Origin: Rubrivivax sp.
Lineage (GTDB): Bacteria; Pseudomonadota; Gammaproteobacteria; Burkholderiales; Burkholderiaceae_C
Direction of reading: 5' to 3'
Assembly: GCA_031398045.1 (NCBI GenBank)
Contig: JANNMQ010000076.1
Span: 1 to 37,284, forward strand
Length of the DNA stretch: 37,284 nt
Shown: positions 17,547 to 26,906 of the stretch, piece after piece
Layout of the letters: each line of letters starts with the position of its first letter
Position numbering within the stretch: the first letter of the stretch is position 1
The notes under the pieces: model-generated
What the model saw: the letters and a program-made list of their open reading frames with translations, nothing else
Databases searched by the model: none
What the model was told of the DNA's origin: nothing
Made by a program: the position numbers and the translations under genes

Positions 17547-18941
17547 TCAGTGCGCAGCCCGTGTTTGCAGAGCCGCCAGCAACTGGTTGTGGATACCACC
17601 GAAGCCGCCATTGCTCATGCACAGCACATGGTCGCCCGGCCGCGCGGCCTGCACGATCTGGGACACCAGCGCTTCCACGCTGTGGGCTACCACCGCTGTG
17701 GCGCCCAGGGGCGCCAGTGCGTCGGCGGTGCTCCAACCATAGTCGCCCTGCAGGCAGAAACTGAGGTCGGCGGCTTCCAGCGCCCACGGCAGCTGCGCTT
17801 TCATCGTGCCCAGTTTCATCGTGTTGGAGCGGGGCTCAAACACCGCCAGCAGACGCGGCCCCAGCCCCAGCTTGCGGCGCAGGCCATCAATGGTGGTTTT
17901 CATCGCGGTGGGGTGGTGTGCAAAGTCGTCGTACACGGTCACGCCATCGGCAACGCCCCGCAGCTCGAGCCGGCGGCGCACATTCTCAAAAGTGGCCAGG
18001 GCCTGACAGGCCACGTCGCCCGCCACGCCCACATGTTCAGCCGCGCCCACGGCGGCCAGCGCGTTGAGCTGGTTGTGTTCACCCAACAAATTCCACTCCA
18101 CACGACCCAGCTTCAGGCTGCCACGCAGCACGTCAAAACTTTGTGCGTCGCCGCGTGCACACAGCCCACCGGGCTCTTCGCGTTTGGTGCCGAAGCGCTG
18201 CAGCTCGCTCCAGCAGCCGCGTGCCAACACACGTTTCAGCGCTTCGTCGCGCGCATTCACCACCAGCCGGCCGCTCGCCGGCACGGTGCGCACCAGGTGG
18301 TGAAACTGGGTCTCGATGGCCGCCAGGTCGGGGAAGATGTCGGCGTGGTCGTGTTCCAGGTTGTTCAGCACGGCCGTGCGTGGGCGGTAATGCACAAACT
18401 TGCTGCGCTTGTCGAACAAGGCGGTGTCGTATTCGTCGGCTTCGATGACGAAGGTTTTGCCCACACCGGCGGCAGTGCTGCCCCCCATAGGGCCCAGACG
18501 TGCCGAGACACCAAAATTCAGGGGCACGCCGCCGACCAGAAAACCCGGCTGCAGGCCCGCCTTTTCCAGCATCCAGGCCAGCATGGCGGTGGTGGTGGTT
18601 TTGCCGTGGGTGCCGGCCACCGCCAGCACATGGCGGCCTTGAAGCACGTTTTCAGCCAACCACTGCGGGCCGCTGGTGTAGCGCACGCCGGCGTCGAGGA
18701 TGGCTTCCAGCAGCGGCATGCCGCGCTTGACCACATTGCCGATGACAAAAGTGTCGGGCTTCAGTGCCAGCTGGTCGGCGCCAAAACCTTCAATCAGGTC
18801 GATGCCCAGCGCGCGCAACTGCTCGCTCATCGGCGGGTAGACGGCGGCGTCGCAGCCGGTGACTTGGTGGCCCGATTCGCGGGCCAGGGCAGCCAGGCCG
18901 CCCATGAAGGTGCCGCAGATGCCGAGGATGTGGATGTGCAT
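17547..18941 (-). CDS. mpl: Murein tripeptide ligase
   Basis: MHIHILGICGTFMGG, GTHGKTTT, EADEYDTA, DHADIF, DDFAHHPT, FEPRSNTM and MSNGGFGG motifs. Confidence 0.97.
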   Translation of the reverse strand: MHIHILGICGTFMGGLAALARESGHQVTGCDAAVYPPMSEQLRALGIDLIEGFGADQLALKPDTFVIGNVVKRGMPLLEAILDAGVRYTSGPQWLAENVLQGRHVLAVAGTHGKTTTTAMLAWMLEKAGLQPGFLVGGVPLNFGVSARLGPMGGSTAAGVGKTFVIEADEYDTALFDKRSKFVHYRPRTAVLNNLEHDHADIFPDLAAIETQFHHLVRTVPASGRLVVNARDEALKRVLARGCWSELQRFGTKREEPGGLCARGDAQSFDVLRGSLKLGRVEWNLLGEHNQLNALAAVGAAEHVGVAGDVACQALATFENVRRRLELRGVADGVTVYDDFAHHPTAMKTTIDGLRRKLGLGPRLLAVFEPRSNTMKLGTMKAQLPWALEAADLSFCLQGDYGWSTADALAPLGATAVVAHSVEALVSQIVQAARPGDHVLCMSNGGFGGIHNQLLAALQTRAAH

Positions 18942-19017
18942 GAGCGGCGATTCTAGAAGTCGGGTCCGCACACCCCGTGTGGTGTCCGTGGCGCTGCCTT
19001 GGTGCTAGCGTCCCAGG

Positions 19018-19461
19018 ATGGAACCGACCCCCCGTTTTACCGGCATCCCATGGATCGCTTCGCACCCGGTGGCCTACCCGGCGCTGGAGGTGCTGCACAT
19101 CGTGGGCATTGCGCTGCTGCTGGGCAGCCTGGTGCTGCTGGAGCTGCGTGTCTGGGGCGCGGTGCCCGAACTGCCGCTGCAGCCGCTGGCCCGGCTGGCG
19201 CTGGCGGTTACGCTGTCGGGCTTCATGCTGGCCGCCGCCAGTGGGCTGTTGATGTTTGCCGCCAACCCCAACGAGCTGCTGAGCAACCGCAGTTTTCTGA
19301 TCAAGTTGGTGTTGCTGATGGCTGCCGGGCTGAACGCGCTGTGGTTCCACAGCCGCGGCAGCCTGCAGCACTGCGACGGCCTGGCGCGGGCGCAGACCGT
19401 GCTGTCGATGGGGCTTTGGCTGGGCGCCATCATCTGTGGCCGTTGGATAGCCTACCTGTAA
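19018..19461 (+). CDS. Four-TM membrane protein, DUF6644-like (CopD/HemJ-like pattern)
   Basis: Four hydrophobic segments, with YPALEVLH, SGLLMF, FLIKL..L..AGLNAL.FH and GRWIAY. Family recalled from memory. Confidence 0.75.
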   Translation: MEPTPRFTGIPWIASHPVAYPALEVLHIVGIALLLGSLVLLELRVWGAVPELPLQPLARLALAVTLSGFMLAAASGLLMFAANPNELLSNRSFLIKLVLLMAAGLNALWFHSRGSLQHCDGLARAQTVLSMGLWLGAIICGRWIAYL

Positions 19462-19470
19462 GGAGCCCCC

Positions 19471-19962
19471 ATGCCATCAAACCTGCCACGCAGAATGTTC
19501 ATTACCGCCCCACTGGCAGCCGGCGCCGTGCTTGCGCTGCCTGCCTGGGCCCATCACGGCTGGAGCAGTTTTGACCAGGCGCGGCCGTTGTATCTGGAGG
19601 GCACGGCGCGCACGGTGGCCTGGCGCAACCCGCATGCCGAACTGGTTCTGGAACTGCCGGCTGCAGGCCTGAAGCTGCCGCCCGACTTGGCCAGCCGCAG
19701 CCTGCCGGCGCAAAGTGCGCCGGTGGATGGCGCGGCGCTGCTGAAGGCCGCGCAGCTGCCTACGCGTCGTGACCGGCAGTGGGAAATCGAACTGGCGCCG
19801 CTGACTCGCATGCAGGCCTGGCAGGTGCCTGAAATCAAAAACGGTGATGCGGTGGCCCTGCTGGGTTTCACCTTCAACGGGGAGCAGGGCGCACCGGTGT
19901 TGCGCGTTGAATATCTGTTCCTGGGTGGCAAAACCTACGCGCTTCGTTCTTCACCGGCCTGA
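19471..19962 (+). CDS. Exported DUF6152-like protein with a Tat-like signal and mature N-terminal His-His
   Basis: AAGGAG SD, PRRMFI twin-arginine motif, AWA|HHGW cleavage site, WRNPH motif. Confidence 0.78.
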   Translation: MPSNLPRRMFITAPLAAGAVLALPAWAHHGWSSFDQARPLYLEGTARTVAWRNPHAELVLELPAAGLKLPPDLASRSLPAQSAPVDGAALLKAAQLPTRRDRQWEIELAPLTRMQAWQVPEIKNGDAVALLGFTFNGEQGAPVLRVEYLFLGGKTYALRSSPA

Positions 19963-20005
19963 ACAGCGCAGCGGCGGTGTCCAGGCACCCGCGCGTGACG
20001 GTGCT

Positions 20006-21301
20006 TCAGGTTTCGGCCCGCAGCGCTTCACGCGCCGCTGCCACGGTAGCCGCGATGTCGTCTTCGCTGTGGGTGGCACTGACAAATCCGGCCTCATACA
20101 GGGCCGGCGCCAGGTAGACACCACGCTGCAACAGGGCGTGGAAAAACCGGTTGAAGCGCTCTTTGTCGGTGGCCATCACGACGCCGTAGTCTTGTGGCAG
20201 TTCGCTGGCAAAGAAAAAGCCAAACATGCCACCTTCGCTGTCGCCCACCAGCGGCACGCCGGCATCACGCGCCGCGCCTTCCAGGCCCCGCACCAGGCTG
20301 CGGGTCTTGGCTGACAGGGCTTCAAAAAAACCCGGCTTGCTGATTTCTTTCAGTGTTGCCAGCCCGCAGGCAGTGGCCACCGGGTTGCCTGACAGCGTGC
20401 CGGCCTGGTACACCGGGCCCAGTGGCGCCAGCAGGCTCATCACCGCTTTGCTGCCACCAAACGCGGCCAGCGGCATGCCGCCGCCGATGACCTTGCCAAA
20501 CACAAACAGGTCGGCGTGGAAGCCCGGGATCTGCTGCTGGTACACATGCTGGGCGCCGCCCAGCGCGACGCGAAAGCCCGACATCACCTCGTCAAAAATC
20601 AGCAGCGCACCGTGTGCGCTGCACAGCTGGCGCAGCCGCGTCATGAAGGGCAGGCTGGCACGCACGAAGTTCATGTTGCCGGCGATCGGCTCCACCATCA
20701 CGCAGGCCAGCTCTTTGCCGTGGATGTCAAAGGCCTGTTCCAGCGCAGCCACGTCGTTGTAGGGCAGCACCAGGGTGTGCTGCACCACTTCGGCGGGCAC
20801 GCCGGCGCTGGTGGGGAAACCAAAAGTGGCCAGCCCGGAGCCGGCTTTCACCAACAGCGGGTCGGCGTGGCCGTGGTAACAACCTTCGAACTTGATGAAC
20901 TTGCTGCGCCCCGTGGCGCCACGCGCCAGGCGCAAGGCACTCATGCCGGCTTCAGTACCGCTGCTCACCAGCCGCACCTGTTCCACCCCCGGCACGTGCG
21001 CGATGATGGCCTCGGCCAGTTCAATTTCGCGCTCGGTGGGCGCGCCAAAGCTGAAACCGTCGAGCAAGGCGCGCTGTACCGCTTCCACCACTGCCGGGTG
21101 GCCGTGGCCCAGGATCATCGGCCCCCAGGAACCGATGTAGTCGATGTAGCGCTGGCCATTGGCGTCCCAGAGGTAGGCGCCTTGGGCGCGTGTGATGAAG
21201 CGGGGTGTGCCGCCCACGGCGCGAAATGCCCGTACCGGGGAATTCACGCCACCGGGGATGACGGCCTGCGCGCGCTGAAAAAGTTCTGCGTTGTTGTCCA
21301 T
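20006..21301 (-). CDS. hemL: Glutamate-1-semialdehyde 2,1-aminomutase
   Basis: [46 protein letters not shown] and [10 protein letters not shown] motifs. Start moved to ATG 21301. Confidence 0.97.
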   Translation of the reverse strand: MDNNAELFQRAQAVIPGGVNSPVRAFRAVGGTPRFITRAQGAYLWDANGQRYIDYIGSWGPMILGHGHPAVVEAVQRALLDGFSFGAPTEREIELAEAIIAHVPGVEQVRLVSSGTEAGMSALRLARGATGRSKFIKFEGCYHGHADPLLVKAGSGLATFGFPTSAGVPAEVVQHTLVLPYNDVAALEQAFDIHGKELACVMVEPIAGNMNFVRASLPFMTRLRQLCSAHGALLIFDEVMSGFRVALGGAQHVYQQQIPGFHADLFVFGKVIGGGMPLAAFGGSKAVMSLLAPLGPVYQAGTLSGNPVATACGLATLKEISKPGFFEALSAKTRSLVRGLEGAARDAGVPLVGDSEGGMFGFFFASELPQDYGVVMATDKERFNRFFHALLQRGVYLAPALYEAGFVSATHSEDDIAATVAAAREALRAET

Positions 21302-21365
21302 GGGGGTCGATGTGAAAGTCGTCCTGCATGACCCGGGGGCGCTGCCCCGCGTCATGGACGTTGGT

Positions 21366-22319
21366 TCAGTGCACGCGGCGCGGTGCGCCTTTGCCCTTGG
21401 GGTCTTCGGGCTCGGGTTCGGGCATGCCGCCTTCAGCACCTTCACCCTCTTCGGGTGGTGGCAAGGCCCAGAAAAACCGGTCGGGCACGATGTTGCCCAT
21501 GCCAGGGCGAAAACCAGCGTCCAGGCTCTGGTCCAGGAACGACAGCGCTTCGCCGACCGCGGCCTGCAGTTCGCCACCAGCGGCCAGCAGCGAAGCCAGC
21601 GCAGCCGACAGCGTGTCGCCAGCGCCTATGAAAGCGGCGTCAAAGCGCTCGAACTTCTCGCCCGCGATGGCGCCTTGTGGTGAGGCCAGCACGTTGTCGA
21701 TGAACTGCTCACTGCCTTTGCTGGCCAGCATGATGCCGGTCACCAGTACATAGCGGGTGCCATGCTCGCCAGCGGCCACGGCCAGTTCACGCGCTGACGG
21801 CGGGCGTTCACTGTCCCAGTCGGGCAACAAGAAGTCTTGCAAGGTCTTGTGGCTGCCTACCAGCACCTCGGTGGCCGGCAAGATCAGTTCACGAAAAGCG
21901 TCCTGGTAAGGCTGCAGCACATCGTCTTCCATCCACGACAAGTTGGGCACATAGGCCACCAGCGGTATCTCGGTGTAGTCAGACAGTATTTCGGCCACGG
22001 CGCTGACGTTGTCGGCGCTGCCCAGGAAACCCACCTTCCAGCCCGCAATGGTTACGTCTTCAAGAATGGCGCGCGCTTGTTCAGCCACGACTTCGGGCTC
22101 GATGTCGTGCTGATCAAAGATGTCGGCAGTGTCGCGCATCACCACCGCCGTCACGATGGGCAGCGCATGGGCGCCCATGGCCGCCACGGTAGCGACGTCG
22201 CCGGCCAGTCCGCTGGCGCCGCTGGGGTCACTGGCGTTGAAACACATCACACAAGCAGGTGCCGGCGGGTCTGCAGCCGGGCCTTCGCCGTCGGTTGCCG
22301 AGGAGGGTTGAGCAATCAT
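21366..22319 (-). CDS. ThiD-like (HMP/HMP-P kinase family) protein, divergent
   Basis: [30 protein letters not shown] and RPGMG...PDRFFW motifs; upstream of hemL. Start ATG 22319. Confidence 0.8.
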   Translation of the reverse strand: MIAQPSSATDGEGPAADPPAPACVMCFNASDPSGASGLAGDVATVAAMGAHALPIVTAVVMRDTADIFDQHDIEPEVVAEQARAILEDVTIAGWKVGFLGSADNVSAVAEILSDYTEIPLVAYVPNLSWMEDDVLQPYQDAFRELILPATEVLVGSHKTLQDFLLPDWDSERPPSARELAVAAGEHGTRYVLVTGIMLASKGSEQFIDNVLASPQGAIAGEKFERFDAAFIGAGDTLSAALASLLAAGGELQAAVGEALSFLDQSLDAGFRPGMGNIVPDRFFWALPPPEEGEGAEGGMPEPEPEDPKGKGAPRRVH

Positions 22320-22566
22320 GGTGGAACCTAGTCGCGCGCGGCGCGGATGGAGGGTGCAATCAAAGGCAAGCTGGGTACACAGCGCTCGGCGCTTGCGTGC
22401 CACGATACCGTGTCATTCGCCCTCTGGCGCCATGGGGCTGACCACAGCGCCAAAATACCTCCAGCGAAAGATGAGAAACGGTCTGTAGGTCCGCACAAAT
22501 CATGGACTTTTGCCAAGTCAGCGTGGCTACAATGCGTTTTCATTGTAGTGAAGTGGACTGGTGACT

Positions 22567-22740
22567 GTGACCGAATCGCGAACATGGATGTGCTTGATTT
22601 GCGGCTGGATCTACGACGAGGCCACTGGCGACCCTGAACACGGCATCACGGCCGGCACAGCCTGGGCCGACGTGTCGATGAACTGGACCTGCCCCGAATG
22701 CGGGGCTCGCAAAGAAGACTTTGAGATGGTCCAGATCTGA
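22567..22740 (+). CDS. Rubredoxin, 57 aa, absent from the ORF track
   Basis: Manual translation from GTG 22567: MTESRTWMCLICGWIYDEATGDPEHGITAGTAWADVSMNWTCPECGARKEDFEMVQI*, with two CxxCG knuckles. Confidence 0.95.
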   Translation: MTESRTWMCLICGWIYDEATGDPEHGITAGTAWADVSMNWTCPECGARKEDFEMVQI

Positions 22741-22795
22741 AACCCACCGTAGGCGCGGCGCACCGGCGCAGCCTGGTTTCCAAGGAGAGCGGCGC

Positions 22796-23230
22796 TTGGA
22801 CATACAAGGGCCTGAAACTGTCGCCAAGATGTCGGCAGCCGGCGCAGAAGCCAGCAGTGGTGCCAAGGTGCTGGTCATTGATGACAGCAACACCATCCGG
22901 CGCAGTGCTGAGATTTTTCTGCGCCAGGGCGGGCACCAGGTGTTGCTGGCCGAAGACGGGTTTGACGCGTTGGCCAAGGTTAACGACCACGCGCCAGAGT
23001 TGATCTTCTGCGACATCCTGATGCCGCGTCTGGACGGTTATCAAACCTGCGCCATCATCAAGCGCAACCCCCGGTTTGCGCATGTGCCGGTCATCATGTT
23101 GTCGTCCAAGGATGGTCTGTTTGACAAGGCGCGCGGACGCATGGTGGGCTCTGACGAATACCTCACCAAGCCCTTTACCAAAGAACAACTGCTGCGTGCT
23201 GTGGATGCCTTTCGGCGCGCGGCGCCATGA
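22796..23230 (+). CDS. pilG: Twitching-motility CheY-like response regulator PilG
   Basis: VLVIDDSNTIRRSAE, FCDILMPRLDGYQTC and LSSKDGLFDKARGR motifs. Start TTG 22796 has an AAGGAG SD; ATG 22829 is an alternative. Confidence 0.93.
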   Translation: MDIQGPETVAKMSAAGAEASSGAKVLVIDDSNTIRRSAEIFLRQGGHQVLLAEDGFDALAKVNDHAPELIFCDILMPRLDGYQTCAIIKRNPRFAHVPVIMLSSKDGLFDKARGRMVGSDEYLTKPFTKEQLLRAVDAFRRAAP

Positions 23231-23338
23231 ATGTCGGCCCCGTCGCCGCACCGGGCTTGGGCCCGGCTTCGCAGGTTTGCGCAGGTCCGACACACCAGCC
23301 GGGCCGCGGGCTGGCTGAGACCCAGGAGTACCGTCGTC

Positions 23339-23704
23339 ATGCCGATTCAACATGTACTGATCGTTGACGATTCAAAGACCGAGCTTTACGTGTTGTCCGA
23401 CATCCTGGGCAAACGCGGTTATCAGGTGCGCACCGCCGAAAACGGCGAAGAGGCCCTGCGTCGTCTTGAAGAAGCCAAGCCCGACCTGATCCTGATGGAT
23501 GTGGTGATGCCGGGTGCCAATGGTTTTCAGCTCACGCGCACGATCACCCGCGACCCCCGGTTTGCCGAAGTACCGGTGATACTGTGCACCAGCAAGAATC
23601 AGGAAACCGACAAACTCTGGGGCTTGCGGCAAGGCGCGCGCGACTACATCGTCAAGCCCGTCAACGGCGAAGAGCTGTTGGCCAAGATCAAGGCACTTGG
23701 TTAG
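23339..23704 (+). CDS. pilH: Twitching-motility CheY-like response regulator PilH
   Basis: LIVDDSKTE, LMDVVMPGANGFQ and TSKNQETDKLWG motifs. AGGAG SD before ATG 23339. Confidence 0.93.
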   Translation: MPIQHVLIVDDSKTELYVLSDILGKRGYQVRTAENGEEALRRLEEAKPDLILMDVVMPGANGFQLTRTITRDPRFAEVPVILCTSKNQETDKLWGLRQGARDYIVKPVNGEELLAKIKALG

Positions 23705-23706
23705 AG

Positions 23707-24246
23707 ATGGGCAACCGAGAAGCATTGCGGGAGTTGCAGGCCCGATTGGCACAACGTCTGCACCCCGATGGTGCCGATACCCAGGTCGCCACCTGGCTGG
23801 CCTTCGAATGCATGGGGCAAGGCATGGTGGTGGCCTTGCCCCATGCGGGCGAGATATTTCCGCTGTGCCCCTTGCTGCCGGTGCCCCACACCAAGGCCTG
23901 GTTTTTGGGCGTGGCCAACCTGCGTGGCCAGCTGCACGGCGTGGTGGACCTGGCGGCCTTTCTGGGTCTGCGCCCAGCGCTGGGCAACGAACAATTGCGT
24001 GAACCCCAACGGTCACCGACCCGGCTGTTGGCTTTTAATGCCGCACTGGGTTCGCACTGTGCGGTCTTGATTGATCGGTTGGCGGGCCTGCGCAGTGCCC
24101 ACCAGCTGCAAAAGTCACCCACGCAGGACGGCAACAGCCCTGTTTTTGCACCAGCGCAATGGCATGACGCGGACGGCCGCAGTTGGCAGGAGCTGGACTT
24201 GGGCCTGCTGGCGCGTCATGAACAGTACCTGGCGATTGCTGCATGA
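23707..24246 (+). CDS. pilI: CheW-like adaptor PilI
   Basis: MGNREALRELQ start and VPHTKAWFLGVANLRG..GVVDL CheW motif; located between pilH and the MCP. Confidence 0.9.
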   Translation: MGNREALRELQARLAQRLHPDGADTQVATWLAFECMGQGMVVALPHAGEIFPLCPLLPVPHTKAWFLGVANLRGQLHGVVDLAAFLGLRPALGNEQLREPQRSPTRLLAFNAALGSHCAVLIDRLAGLRSAHQLQKSPTQDGNSPVFAPAQWHDADGRSWQELDLGLLARHEQYLAIAA

Positions 24247-24349
24247 GCCGCTGGCCAGCACCCGAGACGGTATCTACCGAACAGCCCCTGGCAGCGTTCG
24301 GGACGTTCAGGCTTGTGGCCCCGCAGCGGCCGGTTGACACGAGGACGAC

Positions 24350-26878
24350 ATGAGCTTTCTGGACCGAATCAAAGGCCCCAAGCCCACCCACGGACCGTCA
24401 GCTGCCCATGCCGCGGCGGCGGACTCTGCGGCTGAAGCTGTGGCTGGCGGCGCTGCGGTGGCCACGCCCGTGTCGCCGCTGGCTGAAACCCGCGCCCGGG
24501 CAAGCGCTGCGGCGGCCATGGCACCGACTGCATTTGATGAGTTGACGCCAGCCTCGGCAATGGAAGCCACCATCAGGTTGGATCCCGGTTTGAATGCCGG
24601 TGTGTACGCCAGCTCCAACCCGCAAGCCACCCTGCAGGCCTTGACGGCGGTGGGGTCGGCAACAGCCGCTTCGGGCGCTGCATCGTCGAGATCTGCAAAT
24701 TCGGCTGCCCCATCACCATCAGCACCCGGGTCCATCTTTTCTGAAGCAGCACCGTCTGAACTGGCCACCGAGTTCAACGAATCCACCCAAAGCCCCAAAT
24801 CCGCGGCGCTGCGGGAAGGCGCCAGCGGTTTGCCGCTGGTGGGTGGCTGGCCGGTGGCACGCCAGCAGCGTGCCATGTTGTTGCTGCTGGGCCTGGGACT
24901 TTTGGGCCTGTTGAGTGCTGCAGGTTGGGCACTCAATCTGGCCTCGCAGGGCGCCGCACAGGTGGCCGCTGCCGGCCAGGCAGCCACACAGTCTCAGCGC
25001 CTGGCCAAATCGTCCACGCAGGCCGCCATGGGGCGCCCGCTGGCCTTTCCCGAGCTGCGTGACAGTGTGACCGTGCTGACGCGCAACCTGCGCGGCTTGC
25101 AGTCCGGTGAAAGTGGTGTGCCCGCCGTGTCTGAAACGCTGCAGCCGGCACTGGCGGCCCTGATGCCGCTGGTCGACCGCGCTGAAAAAAGCGCCGCGGT
25201 GGTGGCCGCGCAAGAAAAAACGCTGACGCAGGCCGGCAAGGCCCTGCGCGATATCAACCGCCAGAGCACCGAATTGCTGGAAACCGCTGAAGCGGTGTCG
25301 GCTTTGAAACTGCAGGCCGGTGCCACTTCGGCCGAACTGGCTGCCGTCAACCAGCTGGCGTTGCTGACCCAGCGTGTGGGCAAAAGTGCCAACGAGTTTG
25401 TTTCAGCCGAAGGTGCCAGCGCCGAGGCGGTGTTCCTGCTGGAAAAGGACCTCGGCAGTTTTCAGCAAACCGCGCTGGCGCTGCTGGATGGCAAGGCTGA
25501 GCTGGGTCTGCCCGGCACCAAGGAAGGACCAGCGCGCGAAAAGTTGCAGCAGCTGCTGACCCAGTTTGAAGCCACGCGCGGCGAAGCGCGCTCCATGTTG
25601 GACAACCTGAAAGGCCTGGTGGCGGCGCGCGAAGCGCAGGCGCTGATCGTGGCCGATTCAGAACCGTTGCGCCGCGGCCTTGAATCCCTGCAGCAGGGCT
25701 TGGCCGGCAGCGGCGGCATGGCGGGTTGGCCTTTGGTGCTGTTGGTGTCTTCATTGCTGCTGTCGGCTGCCGCCGCTTTTGGATTGCTGCGACTTTTTGT
25801 GTTTGACCAGACCAACCGTTCACGCCAGGCCGATGCCCAGCGGCAGGAAGCCGAGCGGCAGGAGCGTGAAGCCAAGCGTGTGAATGACGCCAACCAGGCC
25901 GCCATCCTGCGGCTGATGAACGAGCTGCAAACAGTGGCCGAGGGCGATTTGACGCAACAAGCCACCGTCACCGAAGACATCACCGGCGCCATTGCCGATT
26001 CGGTCAACTACACGGTGGAAGAGCTGCGCTCGCTGGTGTCGCAGGTGCAGAGCACCGTGGGCCGCGTCACCGACACCACGGCCCAGGTGGACGAAACCTC
26101 CACCGAACTGCTGGCGGCGTCGGGTGAACAGCTGCGCGAAATACGTGAAACCGGCGACTCGGTGCTGAAGATGGCGGGCCGCATCAACGATGTGAGCGCG
26201 CAAGCGCAAGAAACCGCCAGCGTGGCACGGCAGTCACTGCGTGCGTCAGAAACCGGCTTGCAGGCGGTGCAGGATGCCATCGGTGGCATGAACACCATCC
26301 GCGACCAGATCCAGGACACCTCCAAGCGCATCAAGCGTCTGGGCGAAAGTTCCCAAGAAATCGGCGAAATCACCGAGCTCATTTCCGACATCACTGAACA
26401 AACCAACGTGCTGGCACTGAATGCAGCCATCCAGGCGGCCAGTGCCGGTGAGGCTGGGCGCGGCTTCAGCGTGGTGGCCGAAGAAGTGCAGCGGCTGGCC
26501 GAGCGCTCGGCCGATGCCACGCGCCAGATTGCGGCCATCGTGCGCACCATCCAGACCGACACACAGGACGCCGTGGGCGCCATGGAGCGCAGCACGCAAG
26601 GGGTGGTGGAAGGTGCGCGCCTGTCCGATGCGACCGGCGCCGCCCTGGCCGACATCGACCGCGTCACGCGCGAACTGGCCGACCTCATCAGCCGCATTTC
26701 CGAAGAAGCCCTGCGCGAAGCGCGTTCGGCCAACCTGGTGGCGGCCAACATCCAGCATATTTTTGCAGTGACCGAACAGACTTCCGAGGGCACAAGGTCA
26801 ACGGCCCAGATGGTGCGCGACCTTTCAAAAATGGCGCAGGAACTGAACACCTCGGTGGCTCGTTTCAAGATCTCCTGA
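24350..26878 (+). CDS. pilJ: Methyl-accepting chemotaxis protein PilJ
   Basis: Two TM helices, SQRLAK PilJ-type periplasmic motif, HAMP-like EGDLT, signalling domain [37 protein letters not shown]. Confidence 0.93.
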   Translation: MSFLDRIKGPKPTHGPSAAHAAAADSAAEAVAGGAAVATPVSPLAETRARASAAAAMAPTAFDELTPASAMEATIRLDPGLNAGVYASSNPQATLQALTAVGSATAASGAASSRSANSAAPSPSAPGSIFSEAAPSELATEFNESTQSPKSAALREGASGLPLVGGWPVARQQRAMLLLLGLGLLGLLSAAGWALNLASQGAAQVAAAGQAATQSQRLAKSSTQAAMGRPLAFPELRDSVTVLTRNLRGLQSGESGVPAVSETLQPALAALMPLVDRAEKSAAVVAAQEKTLTQAGKALRDINRQSTELLETAEAVSALKLQAGATSAELAAVNQLALLTQRVGKSANEFVSAEGASAEAVFLLEKDLGSFQQTALALLDGKAELGLPGTKEGPAREKLQQLLTQFEATRGEARSMLDNLKGLVAAREAQALIVADSEPLRRGLESLQQGLAGSGGMAGWPLVLLVSSLLLSAAAAFGLLRLFVFDQTNRSRQADAQRQEAERQEREAKRVNDANQAAILRLMNELQTVAEGDLTQQATVTEDITGAIADSVNYTVEELRSLVSQVQSTVGRVTDTTAQVDETSTELLAASGEQLREIRETGDSVLKMAGRINDVSAQAQETASVARQSLRASETGLQAVQDAIGGMNTIRDQIQDTSKRIKRLGESSQEIGEITELISDITEQTNVLALNAAIQAASAGEAGRGFSVVAEEVQRLAERSADATRQIAAIVRTIQTDTQDAVGAMERSTQGVVEGARLSDATGAALADIDRVTRELADLISRISEEALREARSANLVAANIQHIFAVTEQTSEGTRSTAQMVRDLSKMAQELNTSVARFKIS

Positions 26879-26906
26879 ACCCGATCCGCACCAGGACCCT
26901 TCACGC

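Noticed and set aside
24247-24330. Long-range pairing in the pilI-pilJ spacer as an ncRNA
   Set aside because: Only short GC stems (7-8 bp) with bulges, as expected by chance at this GC content.
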